NCBI GenBank assembly: GCA_963768835.1
Contig: CAVYJB010000002.1
Coordinates: 362,466 to 426,465 of the forward strand
Length of the DNA stretch: 64,000 nt
Origin: an uncultured bacterium
Lineage (GTDB): Bacteria > Patescibacteriota > Minisyncoccia > UBA6257 > GWB1-50-10
Reading direction: 5' to 3'
Shown here: positions 17,800-28,400 of the stretch, piece after piece
Numbering within the stretch: the first letter of the stretch is position 1
Layout: each line of letters begins with the position of its first letter
The notes under the pieces: generated by a model
Told to the model about the DNA's origin: nothing
Database searches by the model: none
Seen by the model: only the letters and a program-made list of their open reading frames with translations
Position numbers and translations under genes: made by a program

Positions 17800-18247
17800 A
17801 TGAACAAAAAACTAATCGCACTTTCCGCCTTGGCTCTCAGCCTCGCGGTCGCGGTTCCGGTGTTCGCGCAGAGCACGACATCAACCCTGCCCTCCACCAC
17901 TACCACCGCCGCCCGCATCGCCTGTCTCGCCACCGCGGATCAGTGCCCGAGAGGCAACGTTGGACAGCGCCATTGCGACCTACACCCAGGCAGTCTCTTC
18001 CGCGTACACGACGCGCGCAGCGGCTCTGAACGCGGCCTACACGAGCGGCGGGACGACCGCCCAGATCCGGGCCGCCATCAAGGCAGCCTGGTCCGTATTC
18101 ACCGCATCGATGAAGGCCGCTTCGAAGGCGTGGCGGACCGCACGGACGGGCGCATGGACCACCTTCCGCGCGGCCGCGAAGGTGTGCAAGGCTCCCTCGA
18201 GCGTGAGCGACAGCGCGAACGCCGCTTCCGAGGCCGTCGGCCAGTAG
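17800..18247 (+). CDS. small secreted Ala-rich protein, apparent +1 frameshift near 17955
   Basis: Frame 1 carries a signal peptide (MNKKLIALSALALSLAVAVPVFAQS) and TTTAARIACLATADQ. Frame 2 continues as LDSAIATYTQAVSSAYTTRAAALNAAY...ASEAVGQ*. Terminator at 18272..18300. Confidence 0.4.
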
Positions 18248-18271
18248 CCGAAGGATTCGGATGCGTGGCAG

Positions 18272-18300
18272 AACCCTCCCCGACGGGGAGGGTTTTTGTT
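18272..18300 (+). terminator. intrinsic terminator
   Basis: aaccctcccc gacg gggagggtt tttgtt. Confidence 0.6.
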
Positions 18301-18377
18301 GGATTGACCCGGCCCTCCCGCGATGGTAAACGGAAGGAGCGCTTGTTACCAATGCCAAACAACAGGAGGGGTGCGCC

Positions 18378-18851
18378 ATGTTCGTACACATGGTCGTGGT
18401 GGATGAGATACCGTTGATAGGTAGCCGCGTGAAAACGAGTTGCGGCGAGTGGATCGCGTTCTCTCGGGTGACGATTGACCGCGCGAATACGGATCCGTGC
18501 CCAGAGTGTATGAAGGCCAGTGGCGACAAAAAGCAGAAGAAGCTCCAGAGGATGCAGGGCCTGGGCCCTGTCTGGGCCATCGACTATGGCTACGTCTGTC
18601 GGATATGCGACGGCGAGATGGTCGAGGTTGGCAGGCAATCCGACGGACGGAGGGTTTTCAACTGCAGGGTCTGCAGGGCCAACGAATGTGTTGAGTGCGC
18701 GGTATGTGGCCGGCCCCGTGCCTTCTGGGCCGACAGCGGTACGGTATGTATCGTGTGCACGCTCGAGACGATAGCGGGCCAGCGGGAATTGACCGCGGAG
18801 CAGCATCGCCGTATTGCGGAGTGGAAGATTACCATCCGCTCAAGCGACTGA
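18378..18851 (+). CDS. Cys-rich zinc-finger protein (multiple CxxC pairs)
   Basis: AGGAGG RBS. CPEC, CRIC, CRVCRANECVECAVC and CIVC motifs. Terminator follows. Confidence 0.45.
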   Translation: MFVHMVVVDEIPLIGSRVKTSCGEWIAFSRVTIDRANTDPCPECMKASGDKKQKKLQRMQGLGPVWAIDYGYVCRICDGEMVEVGRQSDGRRVFNCRVCRANECVECAVCGRPRAFWADSGTVCIVCTLETIAGQRELTAEQHRRIAEWKITIRSSD

Positions 18852-18915
18852 TATATTTTGTGTTTCTCTAAATCCCTCGGGCCTTCCAGCCCCCGGGATT
18901 TTTATTTACGTATCC

Positions 18916-18944
18916 TTGACGCCGTATCCGTTCTGCCCTATAAC
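18916..18944 (+). promoter_or_regulatory. promoter TTGACG-N17-TATAAC for 18978..19289
   Basis: Direct match. Confidence 0.5.
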
Positions 18945-18977
18945 ACGACGAGCGACTACCACAACCAGGGGGAACCA

Positions 18978-19289
18978 ATGGCCGATTCAGTAGGTCGAGA
19001 GCGGGCGGCGTATCTCGTGCGGAGATACCAGGAATGCTTTCGTGAGCGTTCGATACGGCCCCGGAGAAAGACGGTGGGGGTCCTGAATCCGTCGAGGGAT
19101 GTGATTCTCGGTCACGCTGCGGCGCTTATCGATGAGGTCGCGCGCGTGGGCGAAGTAGCCACCTACCAACGGCTTCTTCTCACCGCAGGGTTTGCTCAAG
19201 GGTGCCTCCTCTCGACGGGCGATTTCACGCCCCAGGAGCTCGAAGGGCACGTCAAAGAAGCGATCCTCGAGAATCCTAGCGTCGGATAA
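18978..19289 (+). CDS. hypothetical protein
   Basis: Promoter TTGACG-N17-TATAAC at 18916..18944. GGGGGA RBS. Terminator at 19319..19351. Confidence 0.4.
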   Translation: MADSVGRERAAYLVRRYQECFRERSIRPRRKTVGVLNPSRDVILGHAAALIDEVARVGEVATYQRLLLTAGFAQGCLLSTGDFTPQELEGHVKEAILENPSVG

Positions 19290-19318
19290 GCGCCCGAAGA
19301 CGGCCCGTACCGTTTCGT

Positions 19319-19351
19319 CCCGCACCTGCTATGCCGGTGCGGGATTTTTTT
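19319..19351 (+). terminator. intrinsic terminator
   Basis: cccgcacc tgctatgcc ggtgcggg attttttt. Confidence 0.65.
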
Positions 19352-19388
19352 GTGAAAAATCGTCTGGTATTGTAAGGTAGTCCTATCC

Positions 19389-21401
19389 ATGGAATTCAAG
19401 ATCGAATCAAGCTTCAAGCCGGCCGGCGACCAGCCGAAAGCGATCGAAGAGCTTGTTGCAGGACTAAAAAAAGGTTACCGCGACCAGGTGCTTTTGGGCG
19501 TCACGGGTTCCGGGAAAACGTTCACGATGGCGAACGTTATCGCGGAGATCGCAAAAGCCGACGCTCGTGATCGCGCACAACAAAACGCTCGCGGCCCAGC
19601 TCTGCAACGAGTTCCGCGAACTTTTCCCGCACAACTCCGTCAATTATTTCGTCTCGTACTACGATTACTACCAGCCGGAGGCGTACATCCCGTCGAGCGA
19701 TACCTACATCGACAAGGAGGCGCTCATCAACGACGAGATCGACAAGCTCCGCCACGCGGCGACGACCGCGCTCCTCACGCGGCGCGACGTGATCGTCGTG
19801 GCGTCGGTGTCGTGCATCTACGGTTTGGGCGCTCCCTGCGGTCTACGCGGGGAACATCATCCATTTCAAAGTCGGCGATAAGATCGAACGCGAAAGATTT
19901 TTCGCGGAAGTTCGTGGAGCTGCAATTCAGCCGCACGACCGCCGACCTGAAGCGCGGCACGTACCGCCTGCGCGGCGAAAGCTGGGAGATCATGCCGGCC
20001 GACCGCGAGGTCATCTATAACTTTGAGGTCGACGGGACGGCGTGATTCGCGCGATCTACGAGATCGATCCGGTGCAAAGGATTCCAGCCGGGCAAAACGC
20101 CGCAGGTCGCGGACGTTATTTTCGCGCCGGCGAAGCATTTCATCACGGAGGCGCCGGAACGGCGAGCGCGCGATCAAGGAGATTCAGGTGGAACTTGCGC
20201 GACCAGCTGAAAAAGTTCGAGAGCGAAGGAGAAGTTGCTCGAGGCGGAGCGCTGGAGCGCCGGACGAAGTTCGATCTCGCGATGATGCGCGAGGTGGGTT
20301 ACTGCCACGGCATCGAAAACTATTCCCGCCATCTTTCGGGCCGTCCGCGGGCGAGCCGCCGGACACGCTCCTCGATTATTTTCCGCACACCGAGAGCGGC
20401 AAGCCGGACTTCCTTACGATCATCGACGAATCGCACATGACCGTGCCGCAGATCCAGGGCATGTATCAACGGCGACGCCGCGCGCAAGAAAACGCTCATT
20501 GAATTCGGTTTCCGATTGCCGTCCGCGGCCGACAACCGGCCCCTGCGTTTCGCCGAGTTCGAGAAGCGCATCGGGCAGGTGATCTACACGTCGGCGACGC
20601 CGGGCGCGTACGAAATAGAGAGCAAGCGAGCAGACCGTGGAACAGATCATCCGGCCGACAGGCCTCGTTGATCCGAAGATCACGATCCGGCCCGCGCGCG
20701 GGCAGGTGGACGATCTTATTCCGCGCATAGAAGACGCGGGTAAAAAAGCATGAGCGCGTGCTCGTGACGACGCTCACGAAACGGATGGCCGAGGACCTTT
20801 CGGCGTATCTCGAAGAGAAAAAAGTGAAAGTGAATTATCTGCACAGCGACGTAAAGACGCTCGACCGCATCAAGATCCTGACCGACCTTCGGAAGGGGAA
20901 GATCGAAGTGCTCGTTGGCGTGAATCTGCTTCGCGAAGGACTCGACCTGCCGGAGGTTTCGCTCGTCGCGATCCTGGACGCCGACAAAGAAGGATTTCTG
21001 CGAAGCGAGGTTTCGCTCATCCAGACGATCGGCCGCGCGGCGCGTAACGTCGAAGGCGAAGTTCTGATGTATGCCGACAACATCACCGGCTCCATTGACC
21101 GCGCCGTGAAAGAAACCGACCGCCGCCGGAAGATCCAGGTCGCGTACAACAAAGAGCACCACATCACGCCGACCACGATCGTGAAAGCGATCACGAACAT
21201 CCTGCCGACAGCGGACATCGCTGAGATCCTGAAGCTCGAGAGAAAGCGCCGCGGACGAAAACGGCGCTCAGAAGCGCTTATCGCCGAAAGGAACGCGAGA
21301 TGAGAGACAGCACCGAGGCGCTCGACTTCGAGCTCGCCGCCATCCTCCGCGACGAAATAAAAGAGCTGAGAGAAGGAGGTACAGAAGAAAGAAAAAAGTA
21401 A
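19389..21401 (+). pseudogene. uvrB: uvrB (excinuclease ABC subunit B) disrupted by multiple frameshifts
   Basis: Segments in three frames spell almost the whole of UvrB: [18 protein letters not shown] / [30 protein letters not shown] / [10 protein letters not shown] / [30 protein letters not shown] / [11 protein letters not shown] / [21 protein letters not shown] / [20 protein letters not shown] / ..[42 protein letters not shown] / C-terminal UVR domain LDFELAAILRDEI. At least 6-8 single-base shifts, two of them in A/T runs. Confidence 0.8.
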
Positions 21402-21554
21402 GAATAAGAAATAGGCGCGGCGGTGGTTGACTTATCCGCCACTCCTCCTATCCTGGGGTGGCGGTTTATACTAAACCGAATCGACGGTCCGGCGATGGTA
21501 CGCCATGCCGGACGCGCTCGATGTTCATTCACATTCACCGAAAGGAGTCACGTT

Positions 21555-22505
21555 ATGGGTACGCCCAAAAGAGTGGCTGCACCGGCGGAACCGAAGCACC
21601 CCACGGTGTCCGAGAAGGAACAATTATTCAAATTGGCTGGCGAGCGTCGAAAAGAGCTGAATCTGAAACCATTACCCCTGATACTTGAGGCGATGAGGGG
21701 TATTCTCTCTCCGCTCGTTCCCTGGCTGGATGTAGAGCTTCCTCCCCAGTTGTGTGAGCCGCGGAGAGGGCGAGCGATGCTGGTGCTGGACGGTTCGGGC
21801 CATAGGGGGTTTCCCACCCTCATGCTGGAGCGTTCCGGGAAATGGGTCGTGAAAAAAGGGTTTTGGGAGGACCTTTCGATTCACCGCATGGACTCGGATG
21901 AACTCGCCACCCTCATCGTCAAGGAAAACGACTCATTGCTTGGGTTCTCCGCGAACGGGGGCGGGAGGCGGGTGGCGGAAGAAGTTGGTTTCCTGCGCGA
22001 CATCGTGCTCTACGACTCCATTCTGGAGATGATGTCCGAATGCGGGAAGACGGTGGCACGAGCGCTCCGCGAGCGTGAGGAACGGATTCAGATCATGCAA
22101 GAACAGTTGGGGCTCCTACGCGACTTCCGGCAATCTCTCGATCCCTTGCTCGCTGCCGGAAGCGGAGTGGAGCTGAAGGAATATTCAATTTTCTCGCACG
22201 ACTCCCACGGCTCCACACGGTACACCGGGGGTTATCTCTCGGTGGACGACCTAAAACCGTTCTGGGACCACCTAGGCTCGCGGGCCACAGCGGGTTCTTA
22301 CGAGCAGTTCCTCTCGTGTCTCCATCTCAGCTCTCTTTCGAGATTCATTGAAATCATGGCGTTCTCTGCGCGGGAGATAGCCGAGACCCGGTCCAAGGGG
22401 GAAAAACAGCCTCTGAGGTTGCGGGGTACACTTCAGGACGGCTGCCATTCTCTGACAAGGAACGCGCGGTGCTCAAGGGCATTGTCGATGCCATCCGCAG
22501 TATGA
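21555..22505 (+). CDS. hypothetical protein
   Basis: AAAGGAG RBS. 317-aa ORF. Terminator at 22543..22578. Confidence 0.45.
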   Translation: MGTPKRVAAPAEPKHPTVSEKEQLFKLAGERRKELNLKPLPLILEAMRGILSPLVPWLDVELPPQLCEPRRGRAMLVLDGSGHRGFPTLMLERSGKWVVKKGFWEDLSIHRMDSDELATLIVKENDSLLGFSANGGGRRVAEEVGFLRDIVLYDSILEMMSECGKTVARALREREERIQIMQEQLGLLRDFRQSLDPLLAAGSGVELKEYSIFSHDSHGSTRYTGGYLSVDDLKPFWDHLGSRATAGSYEQFLSCLHLSSLSRFIEIMAFSAREIAETRSKGEKQPLRLRGTLQDGCHSLTRNARCSRALSMPSAV

Positions 22506-22597
22506 CGCGCTGAGGCAAGCGCATTTCTCTACCTGCCGTTCGGGCAACCCCCGGACGGCTTTTAATTTGTCCCGGAAGCTGGGTAGAATGGGGAGAC

Positions 22598-22717
22598 ATG
22601 ACAAGCAACGTCCGCATCAGAATTGAGCTCGCTACCGTCTTACAAGACGAGATCAAGGAATTAGGGAAGAAGGCCGATATCAGGAAGGTGGAAACGAAAA
22701 AGGCGCCGCGGGCGTAG
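22598..22717 (+). CDS. 39-aa mini-ORF resembling a UvrB C-terminal UVR domain
   Basis: MTSNVRIRIELATVLQDEIKELGKKADIRKVETKKAPRA, compared with the uvrB C-terminus LDFELAAILRDEIKELREGGTEERKK. Confidence 0.3.
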   Translation: MTSNVRIRIELATVLQDEIKELGKKADIRKVETKKAPRA

Positions 22718-22742
22718 TAAGAAGTAGCGGCCGACACATTCC

Positions 22743-23333
22743 ATGCCAGAGGCACCGCACGATCCACGGGAGCGAAGCGACGCAGAGCTTGTGGTGCTCG
22801 CGCTGCGCGAGCCCCAGGGCTACCGGCACCTCATGGAACGCTACGAGCCGAAGCTCCTGCGCTACATTCGTCGTATCTCCGGCGTCGTGGAAGAGGACGC
22901 GGAGGACATCCTGCAGGAGGTTTTCATCAAGGTGTACCAGAATCTGAACGACTTCGACCGCGCGCTCAGTTTTTCATCCTGGATTTACCGCATTGCCCAC
23001 AACGAGACCGTGAGCCACTGGCGGGGGCGGCAGGCGCGGCCGCCGGAGGTGTACGTGACCGATGACGACCGGGAGCTTGTGGAGCTTCTCCGTGCCGACG
23101 TGGACCTCCCGGCGACGCTCGACCGCAGCTATACCGCGGAGGCGGTCCGGGGGGTGCTGGAGCATCTGGACTCCAAGTATCGCGAGGCCCTCGTCCTACG
23201 CTTTCTTGAAGAGAAGAGCTACCAGGAGATGTCCGACATTCTCCGGAAACCGCTGGGGACGATCGCGACGCTTCTGAATCGCGCGAAGCAGCGCTTCAAC
23301 GACGAGGTTGTCCGGAGGAACCTGAAATTTTAA
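22743..23333 (+). CDS. ECF-type RNA polymerase sigma factor (sigma-70 family regions 2 and 4)
   Basis: Region 2 (DAEDILQEVFIKVYQNLNDF..WIYRIAHNE) and region 4 HTH (REALVLRFLEEKSYQEMSDILRKPLGTIATLLNRAKQRF). Confidence 0.8.
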   Translation: MPEAPHDPRERSDAELVVLALREPQGYRHLMERYEPKLLRYIRRISGVVEEDAEDILQEVFIKVYQNLNDFDRALSFSSWIYRIAHNETVSHWRGRQARPPEVYVTDDDRELVELLRADVDLPATLDRSYTAEAVRGVLEHLDSKYREALVLRFLEEKSYQEMSDILRKPLGTIATLLNRAKQRFNDEVVRRNLKF

Positions 23334-23338
23334 TCCCC

Positions 23339-24043
23339 ATGTCCGAGATACCCGACAAAATTCTGCACACCATTGAGGAACGACGCCTGGCCCCGAAGCC
23401 ACGGTGGCGCTTTGTGGTGGAGAACGCCGGGCGGTGGCTCCTGCTTTTTCTTGCGCTCCTCGTGGGCGGGCTCGCGATCGGTTTCGTGCTCGCGATTCTC
23501 CGGAACGCGGATGCCGACCTCTACACCTACCTCGGACAGAGTTCGCTCACCTACACCCTTTCCGCCATTCCCTTTCTCTGGGTGGCGATTGGTGCGCTCT
23601 GCATCGTGGCGGCCTATTATGCCTTTCATCAGACCCCGCACGGATACCGCTATCGGTTCTACGTCGTGGCGCTCGGCGTAGCGCTCATCGCGCTCCTCGC
23701 GGGGGAGAGTCTCTTCGAAGCGCGTCTCGCCGCGCGGGTGCACGAGGCGCTGACAACGCAGTTCCCGACCTATCGCGCCATGACGCCTTCCGCGGAAGCC
23801 CTCTGGACCCAGCCGGCGAACGGGCTTCTGACCGGGGTGGTCACAAGCAAGGAGAACGACGAGGAGTTCGTGGTGCAGGACGTGAAGGGAGTGCTCTGGC
23901 GCGTGGAGTCATATGCGCCGGAAATGAAGGAAGTCGTGGAACCGGAGATAGGAATGCGCCTGAAGATCATCGGCGTCGCGTACGGTTCCAACGAGTTCTA
24001 CGCCGTGGAGTTCCGTCTCTGGAACCCCCGGGGCGCGCGGTAG
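23339..24043 (+). CDS. membrane protein immediately downstream of the ECF sigma, putative anti-sigma factor
   Basis: Inferred from position. Short cytoplasmic N-terminus then several TM helices. No canonical ZAS motif. Confidence 0.4.
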   Translation: MSEIPDKILHTIEERRLAPKPRWRFVVENAGRWLLLFLALLVGGLAIGFVLAILRNADADLYTYLGQSSLTYTLSAIPFLWVAIGALCIVAAYYAFHQTPHGYRYRFYVVALGVALIALLAGESLFEARLAARVHEALTTQFPTYRAMTPSAEALWTQPANGLLTGVVTSKENDEEFVVQDVKGVLWRVESYAPEMKEVVEPEIGMRLKIIGVAYGSNEFYAVEFRLWNPRGAR

Positions 24044-24164
24044 CGGGCCCTCTATTTCGCGCGGGTACTTGACAAGGAAAGGTATAAGCTGTACTCTTCC
24101 GGGCAGATTCTTTGTCATTGTAATCCACTCACATCCATCCATATCTCACTGAAAGGAGGTAGGC

Positions 24165-25283
24165 ATGAAAAGCCTATCCTACACGCTGCTGTTTCTGGTG
24201 ATCGTTGCCCTCCTTCTGCCCGCCACCTCGAACGCTGCCGCTCCGTGGAACCTCGTGAACAGCCTGAGTCTTTCGAGCTGGTCCTCCGGATATTCCAACA
24301 CGGCGGTTTCGGGCCAGTCGTACGACTTTGTCATCACGACCGCGGCGAGCACCGGGACGCGCTTCGGGATTTTCTCTCGGGCGTATACCGCAACGAATCT
24401 GCCGCAGACCAACATGGTGGTCGCAATCGAGCTCAATGCGCCCAGCACCCAAAACGTCCGGGTCTCGATTAGCCTGTACTACCAGGGCAATCCGCAGGTG
24501 AACTCCGCCCTGGTGTATGTCGTAGGGGGCACGAGTTTCGCCGATTACACCTTCCTGTTCCCGGTCTACGCGGGTCAATTCGACGAGATGCGCTTCAACT
24601 TTTCGTATCTCGACGGAGAAACCGGCACCCGGGAAATCCTGGTGGACAACATCCGGATCGACGGGACGCTGCTGGACAACTGCGACAATCCGCTGCCCAT
24701 CCAGCTTGCGACCTTCCAGGTCGCCTCGGTGGTGGGAAGCGACGTAACGCTGTACTGGAAGACGCTGTCGGAGACCAACAACTACGGGTTCGACGTGGAA
24801 CGGAGTTCCGACGGAAAGAACTTCCAGAAGCTCAGCTTCATCGCCGGGCACGGGACCACGCTCGCGACGCATGAGTACTCCTATGAGGACAAGAGCGTTG
24901 CGGTCGGAACCTGGTACTATCGCCTGAAGCAAACGGATCTCGACGGTTCGGCGACGTACTCGGAAGTGCAGGTCGCGAAGGTCGAGGGTGTCGCGACGGT
25001 CGCGGCGCCTGAAGTGCCGACGGTGTACTCCTTGCGGCAGAACTATCCGAATCCCTTCAACCCGGCGACAAAGATCGAGTACGCGCTACCGGCAGCCGGT
25101 CGCGTGACGCTCAAGGTCTACGACGCGCTGGGGCGGGAAGTCGTGACACTCGTGGAGGGGATGCAGACCGCAGGATCGCATACGGCGACATTCGACGCCA
25201 CAAGCCTTCCGAGCGGAACTTACTTCTATCGCATCGGCGCGGGTACGTTCACGGCGACCCACAAGATGCTGCTTCTGAAGTAG
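24165..25283 (+). CDS. secreted protein with a T9SS-type C-terminal sorting domain
   Basis: Signal peptide. C-terminus YSLRQNYPNPFNPATKIEYALPAAGRVTLKVYDALGREVVTLVEG..GTYFYRIGAGTFTATHKMLLLK matches the Por-secretion-tail consensus. Confidence 0.65.
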   Translation: MKSLSYTLLFLVIVALLLPATSNAAAPWNLVNSLSLSSWSSGYSNTAVSGQSYDFVITTAASTGTRFGIFSRAYTATNLPQTNMVVAIELNAPSTQNVRVSISLYYQGNPQVNSALVYVVGGTSFADYTFLFPVYAGQFDEMRFNFSYLDGETGTREILVDNIRIDGTLLDNCDNPLPIQLATFQVASVVGSDVTLYWKTLSETNNYGFDVERSSDGKNFQKLSFIAGHGTTLATHEYSYEDKSVAVGTWYYRLKQTDLDGSATYSEVQVAKVEGVATVAAPEVPTVYSLRQNYPNPFNPATKIEYALPAAGRVTLKVYDALGREVVTLVEGMQTAGSHTATFDATSLPSGTYFYRIGAGTFTATHKMLLLK

Positions 25284-25312
25284 GGGATGGGAATCCTTCC
25301 CCTTGTTCCATG

Positions 25313-25345
25313 GGCCCGCAAGCACTATTTGCGGGCCTCTTTTTA
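25313..25345 (+). terminator. intrinsic terminator
   Basis: ggcccgca agcactattt gcgggcc tctttttat. Confidence 0.6.
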
Positions 25346-25392
25346 TCCCCCAAGGCCTGGGTCTCATTGACAGTTCAAGAGATTTATTGGTA

Positions 25393-25421
25393 TTGACAAG
25401 ATAAGGTCTGTAATTTATAAT
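25393..25421 (+). promoter_or_regulatory. promoter TTGACA-N17-TATAAT, -10 box ends only 9 nt before ATG 25431 (leaderless or near-leaderless)
   Basis: ttgacaagataaggtctgtaatttataat gccggcatt ATG. Confidence 0.55.
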
Positions 25422-25430
25422 GCCGGCATT

Positions 25431-28400
25431 ATGAATACGTTCGGAAAGTTCGCAACGGTGGCGGTTGTAGGGTCGCTCCTCGTGCTTGAGGCCGTCGTGC
25501 CCGCCGGCACCGCGCTCGCGTGGCAGGGTCCGACCCTCACCGCGACGCCCAGCGTCACCTCGGTCACCGTTTCGTGGACGACCGCGGCGGACACGTCGGA
25601 GCACTCCGTCCATTACTCGACATTGCAGATCGACGGAACGAATTTCAATTCCGCGACGAACGCGCCCGGCGTTCCGGCGCCGCTTCCGAACCAGGCGCAG
25701 AGCGTCACGGTCAACGGACTCATCTCGAACACCACCTACTACTTTGCATACTGGTCCACCTCCACGGTAGGCGAGGCGAAGTTCTCGACGGCGTCTGCGA
25801 AAACCCTCACGCCGCCGCCTCCGGCGGCTCCGAACCCGGTTTCGAACCTCACCGCGACCGCGAGCGGCACGACCTGCATCGCACTCGCCTGGGACACGCC
25901 CTCCGGAGGCTCCCTTTCCCAGTTTTATCTTAGCTATTCCACGTCCGCGATCACGGGTTCCAACTTTGCATCCGCGACGCCCGCGACGGGTCTTCCGCTC
26001 CCGATCTCCGGGACGCACCAGACCTTCACGCAGTGCGGGCTTTCCGCCGGTACGACCTATTACTTCGGTCTCACGGTGGCGAACACGGTAGGTACCCAGT
26101 CGTCTCTCGTGACTTCTTCGGCGGCCACCCAGTCGGGCGGCGGAGGCGGCGGTGGTGGAGGCGGCGGCGGAGGCCTCCTGCCTCCGGTTGCGGTTACGAG
26201 CCTTACGGCCTCGAGCTCCATCAATTCCGTGGATCTTTCCTGGAAGACTCCTTCGAGCGACAACCTTTCACAGACGAGCGTGTGGTACTCCCTTTCTCCG
26301 ATCACGTCCGGGAACGTCGCGGGCGCGACCGCCGTCACGGGCGTCCCGCTCCCGCGGAAGGGAGAGATCCAGACGGTGCATGTCCCGGGCCTCACCGCGG
26401 GCACGCTGTATTACTTCGCGGTGCAGGAGGTGGATATCGTGGGGCAGACTTCTCCTCTCGCGACCGTTTCCGCGACGACGCTCACGGGCGCGAACCTTTC
26501 GAGCGTCCCTCCGGTCACAAATCTTCTCGCCTCGAGCTCGGTGAACTTTATCAATCTCTCCTGGCTCACCCCGCAGGATGACAATCTCTCGCAGTTCAAT
26601 GTTCGGTACTCGACCTCGAGCATCACCGACGCGAACTTCGCGCAGGCGGCGGTCGCCGCAAACCCTCCGCTCCCGCGGAAGGGCCAGGGGCAGGGAATGC
26701 AGGTCTCGGGCCTGCAGGCGTCCACGCTCTACTTCTTTGCGGTCCAGGTACAGAACATCGTCGGCGCGACCTCGCCGTTGGCGACCGTCTCGACCACAAC
26801 CCTCGCGTCGGGGGGCGGTGGCGGCGGTGGGGGAGGTGGGGGTGGCGGGCTTCTTCCGCCCGGTCCCGCGACGAACCTTGCCATCACAAGCTATGTGGAC
26901 GGCGTGGATCTTTCCTGGCTCACTCCGCAGAACGACAACCTCTCGCAGTTTTCCATCCGTTACTCGACTTCAAGCATCACGGCGGGGAACTTCGCGCAGG
27001 CCGCGGTAGCTCCGAACCCTCCGCTCCCGCGGAAGGGTGAAACCCAGATGCTCCACATTGGGGGGCTCCAGAGTGGCACGACGTATTACTTCGCGATCCA
27101 GATCCAGGACATCGTGGGACAGACCTCGCCGTTGGCGACGATCTCCGGCACGACGCTTTTGAATCTCATCGGCACGCCGCCCGTGACGAATTTCACCGCG
27201 ACGCCCGATGGTACAAACGGCACGACCTGCATCGATCTCGCCTGGGACACCCCGCAGGGGCTGCTCCTCTCGGAGTTCCATCTGCGCTATTCCACGGACG
27301 CCATTACAGATGACGTGAGCTTTACCTCGGGGACTCTGGCGACCGGCGTACCGCTCCCGCGGCACGGCGAGCACCAGACTTTCACGCAGTGCGGGCTTTC
27401 GGCAGGCACCAATTATTCCTTCGGTATTAAGATCGCGAACGTTGTGGGCGTTGAATCGCCCCTCGTGACCGCATCCGCGGCCACCACGTCGGGTGGTGGA
27501 GGCGGTGGCGGCGGGGGAGGTGGAGGCGGCGGTGGAGGCGGAAGTGTCGGTGGGGGCGTCGTGACGGTCGGTGGCGGCGGTGGAGGTGGGGGCGGCGTCT
27601 CCGTGGGCCCCTCCGTGCCGACGAACGGCTCTATCCGCATCAACGGCGGTGCCGCGATCACGTACACGCGCGCTGTGACCCTCACGCTCACCGCGACGGG
27701 GGCGACACAGATGGCTATCTCGAACTCGCCGGTTTTCACGAACACCGTGTGGCTGCCGTTCGCGACGACCATGCCATGGACGCTCACGGACGGTTACGGC
27801 TCGAAGTCGGTCTACGCCCAATTCCGCAATGCGTCAGGGATCGCCTCTCCGGTTGTCGCGGGCATCCTCTATGCGCCGTATCCGGCGACGATCGGAACGG
27901 GAGGCGGCGTCGGGCGCGCCTATGACATCCAAGACGTCAACACGGCAATGGTGAACTGGGGCAAGAGCGGGACGGTCTCTGACCTGAACGGCGATGGCAC
28001 GGTGAACGTGCGGGATATCGCAGTGATGTACGCTGACTGGGCACAGAACCCTCGGCCCATCACGTCGGCGCCGACTCTCGCAACCTTCGTTTCTCCGACC
28101 CCTGGGAACGCGAACGTTCTGCCCGGTGACGAGCTCTCGGTGAACGTAGTGGCGGATCCGAAGGGAAGCCGCGATTACACCGCCGAGGTGGCGCTTCAGT
28201 ATCCGACGGATCTCCTTGAGTTTGAAACCTTCGATTTCCACGGCGGGTGGGTGCCGGTGGTGCGCCCCGAGTTCGACCAGGATAATCGGACGGACGGGAT
28301 CATTCTGAAAACCGGGGCCTACCCGGGTGGGTTCACGCGACCCGTAGCCGTCGGTACCGCCATCTTCCGTGTGAAGCAGCAGGGTGCCGGGACCGTCCGC

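Larger units (their letters stand above)
25520..27480 (+). repeat. tandem array of ~300-bp Fn3-like coding repeats
   Basis: Five to six diverged copies, visible at both protein and DNA level (..ctctcgcagtt..cgttactcgac..ccgctcccgcggaagg.. recurs). Confidence 0.7.
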
